Below, piece after piece: positions 62,030 through 64,000 of a stretch of DNA of 64,000 nt. The stretch is from assembly GCA_052327205.1 (NCBI GenBank), contig CM126202.1, forward strand, positions 83,886,001 to 83,950,000, given 5' to 3'. The DNA comes from Somniosus microcephalus. Taxonomy: Eukaryota. Position numbers and translations under genes: made by a program. Within the stretch, counting starts at the first letter, position 1, and each line of letters opens with the position of its first letter. Below the pieces are notes generated by a model that searched no databases, was not told the origin of the DNA, and saw only the letters and a program-made list of their open reading frames with translations.

Positions 62030-63025
62030 ATAAATTTACATTTCTGTTAAGTGGAAGAATGTCCCAAAGTGCTTCACAGAGGAGTCAAAATGGAAACAGT
62101 ATAATTTGGGGAGTACCAAAGTCATAGTTGAATAGCTAGGTTTTGAGAAGGTATCTAAAGGAGGGAGAAGAAGGAAACAAAGTGGAGGTGTTTAGGGAGG
62201 TAATTAGAGTGGGGGGTCGAGATAGCTGAATGCTCTGCTACAGCTTGTGAAATTAGGTAAAAGGAGGATGCACACAGTTGGAGGAATAAAGAGTTTGGGA
62301 TAAATAGGGTCACAGAGAGGGTGTGGAAAGGTCATGGATGAATTTGTAAGATGAGAATGGGAATTTTGAAATAGTTATGTTGGAATAGGGAGCAAATGTG
62401 TGTACAAGGATCGCAATGATGAGCCATGTGGGACAGGATACAGGTCACGGAATTTTACATGAGTTGGTATTTATGGAGGTTGGGAAACTGATGAGACCAT
62501 TAAATAAATCGAGTCCAGAGGTGACAGACATGTGGGCAAAGGTTTCAGCTGAGGAGGCTGACAGTGTTGCAGAGGTCGAAGTAAGCAGTTTGGTGATGGT
62601 CAGAATATGGGGTGTGAGACTGCTTTGGGTTGAGCAGGACACCAAGGTTACAGATTATCTGGTAGATGGGGTTAGTGACTAGACTGTTTTAGCAGGGGGC
62701 TGAATATACATGCTGCAGTGTTTCCATTGTTTAGTTGCACAGGTAGTCTGGCATTGAAGAGATAGTGGTGGAATCAAAGTGGTGGAAGTGTAGAGTTGGT
62801 CATCAGCATATGTATGGTAACTGATTCCATGCCTGCAGATGATGTCACTGAGGCACCTGTATGAAGAAAAGGAAGGGAATTGGGTGGGAAAATAAGCCAT
62901 TGCAGGAGATGTACTGACTCTTGTGACTGATAGGAACATACTGTGCAAGATCAGGCAGTTCCATGGAAGTGGACTAGAGGAGAGATGGTGGACAAGAATG
63001 GCATGATTGATAAAGAGGACAATCA
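62030..63025 (-). mobile_element. Old L2-type LINE RT fragment
   Basis: DIICRHGISYHTYADD-QLY (ORF 62679..63026) and decayed L2 3' sequence. Confidence 0.7.
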
Positions 63026-63279
63026 TTAGCTAAATGTTTGGTGGTTGTAGCTACAACTTTATAATTAGAAGTTGTTACAGGTCTACAGGGAGAGAATAGG
63101 GCCATGGGATTAGTTTGTGAATTGCTCCAGCAGAAAGTCATCACCGATGCAATTGGGGGTAAGGCCTCTTTGTGTTGTAAACTACTATGCTTCTATTAAT
63201 GAGTGTTTTGAATTTGTTCTGACCAGCTGTAATTTTTTTTTCTAATGAAAATATACATTTGAAACTCTTATTTCCTTAT

Positions 63280-64000
63280 ATAGAAGAGCAGAGTAGAAAG
63301 AGATGAGAGTAAACTAGCGAGAGATATAAAAACACTGCAAAAGCTTCTATAGGTATGTAAAAAGGAAAAGATTAGTGAAAGTAAATGTGGGTCCCTTACA
63401 GGCTGAGACAGGAGAAATTATAATGGGGAATAAGGAAATGGCAGAGAAATTAAACATACTTTGTGTCTGTCTTCATGGAAGAAGATGCAAAAACCTCCCG
63501 GAAATAGTGGAGAACCAAGGGTCGAGCGAGAATGAGGAACTGAAAGAAATTAGTATTAGTAAAAAAAAAAAAATTACTGGAGAAATTAATGGGACTGAAA
63601 GCTGATAAATCCCCTGGACCTGATGGCCTACATCCTAGGGTTTTGAAAGAGATGGTGGATGCATTGGTTGTCATCTTCCAAAATTCCATTGATTCTAGAA
63701 CGGTTGCTGCAGATTGGAAGGTAGCAAATGTAACCCCACTATTTAAGAAAGGAGGGAGAGAGAAAACGGGGAACTACAGACCAGTTAGCCTGATACCAGT
63801 AGTAGGGAAAATGCTAGAATCTATTATTAAGAACGTGGTAACAGGACACTTAGAAAATAATAATAGGATTGGGCAGAGTCAACACTGATTTAATGAAAGG
63901 GAAATAATGTTTGACAAATCTGTTGGCGTTTTTTGAGGTTGTAATTAGCAGAATAGGTAAGGGGGAACCAGTGGATGTGATGTATTTGGATTTTCAGAAG
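63280..64000 (+). mobile_element. CR1 LINE ORF2 fragment, runs off the window
   Basis: LKADKSPGPDGLHPRVLKE...NYRPVSLIPVVGK; closely related to 57947-61080 but inverted. Confidence 0.92.

Overview
Eukaryotic genomic DNA from a cartilaginous fish, most likely a shark (HE1-type V-SINE, SacSINE1/DeuSINE-type SINEs, shark-type CR1, L2 and Penelope repeats). The whole window lies inside one plus-strand gene, DENND4C (Rab10 GEF). I could splice 20 internal coding exons (11931-57828, 3705 nt, 1235 codons) into one uninterrupted frame covering the end of MABP, uDENN/cDENN/dDENN, the PPR-like repeats and the long low-complexity central exon. Start and stop codons lie outside the window. The introns are a layered set of transposons: CR1, L2, CR1-Zenon-like, Rex1/Babar, Tx1, Penelope, several SINEs, hAT, PIF/Harbinger and Tc1/mariner MITEs, and a possible LTR, with several nested insertions and clean TSDs. 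The most notable observations are: a GC splice donor competing with a perfect GT donor 40 nt downstream that would add a stop codon; an unannotated in-frame candidate cassette exon; a near-perfect 68-bp Penelope-derived hairpin; inverted young CR1 copies that could favour circRNA formation; a CpG-rich, internally repetitive MITE; and a hAT element carrying unexplained cargo. I see no convincing wholly new multi-gene system. All family assignments are from motif recognition by eye, not database searches.
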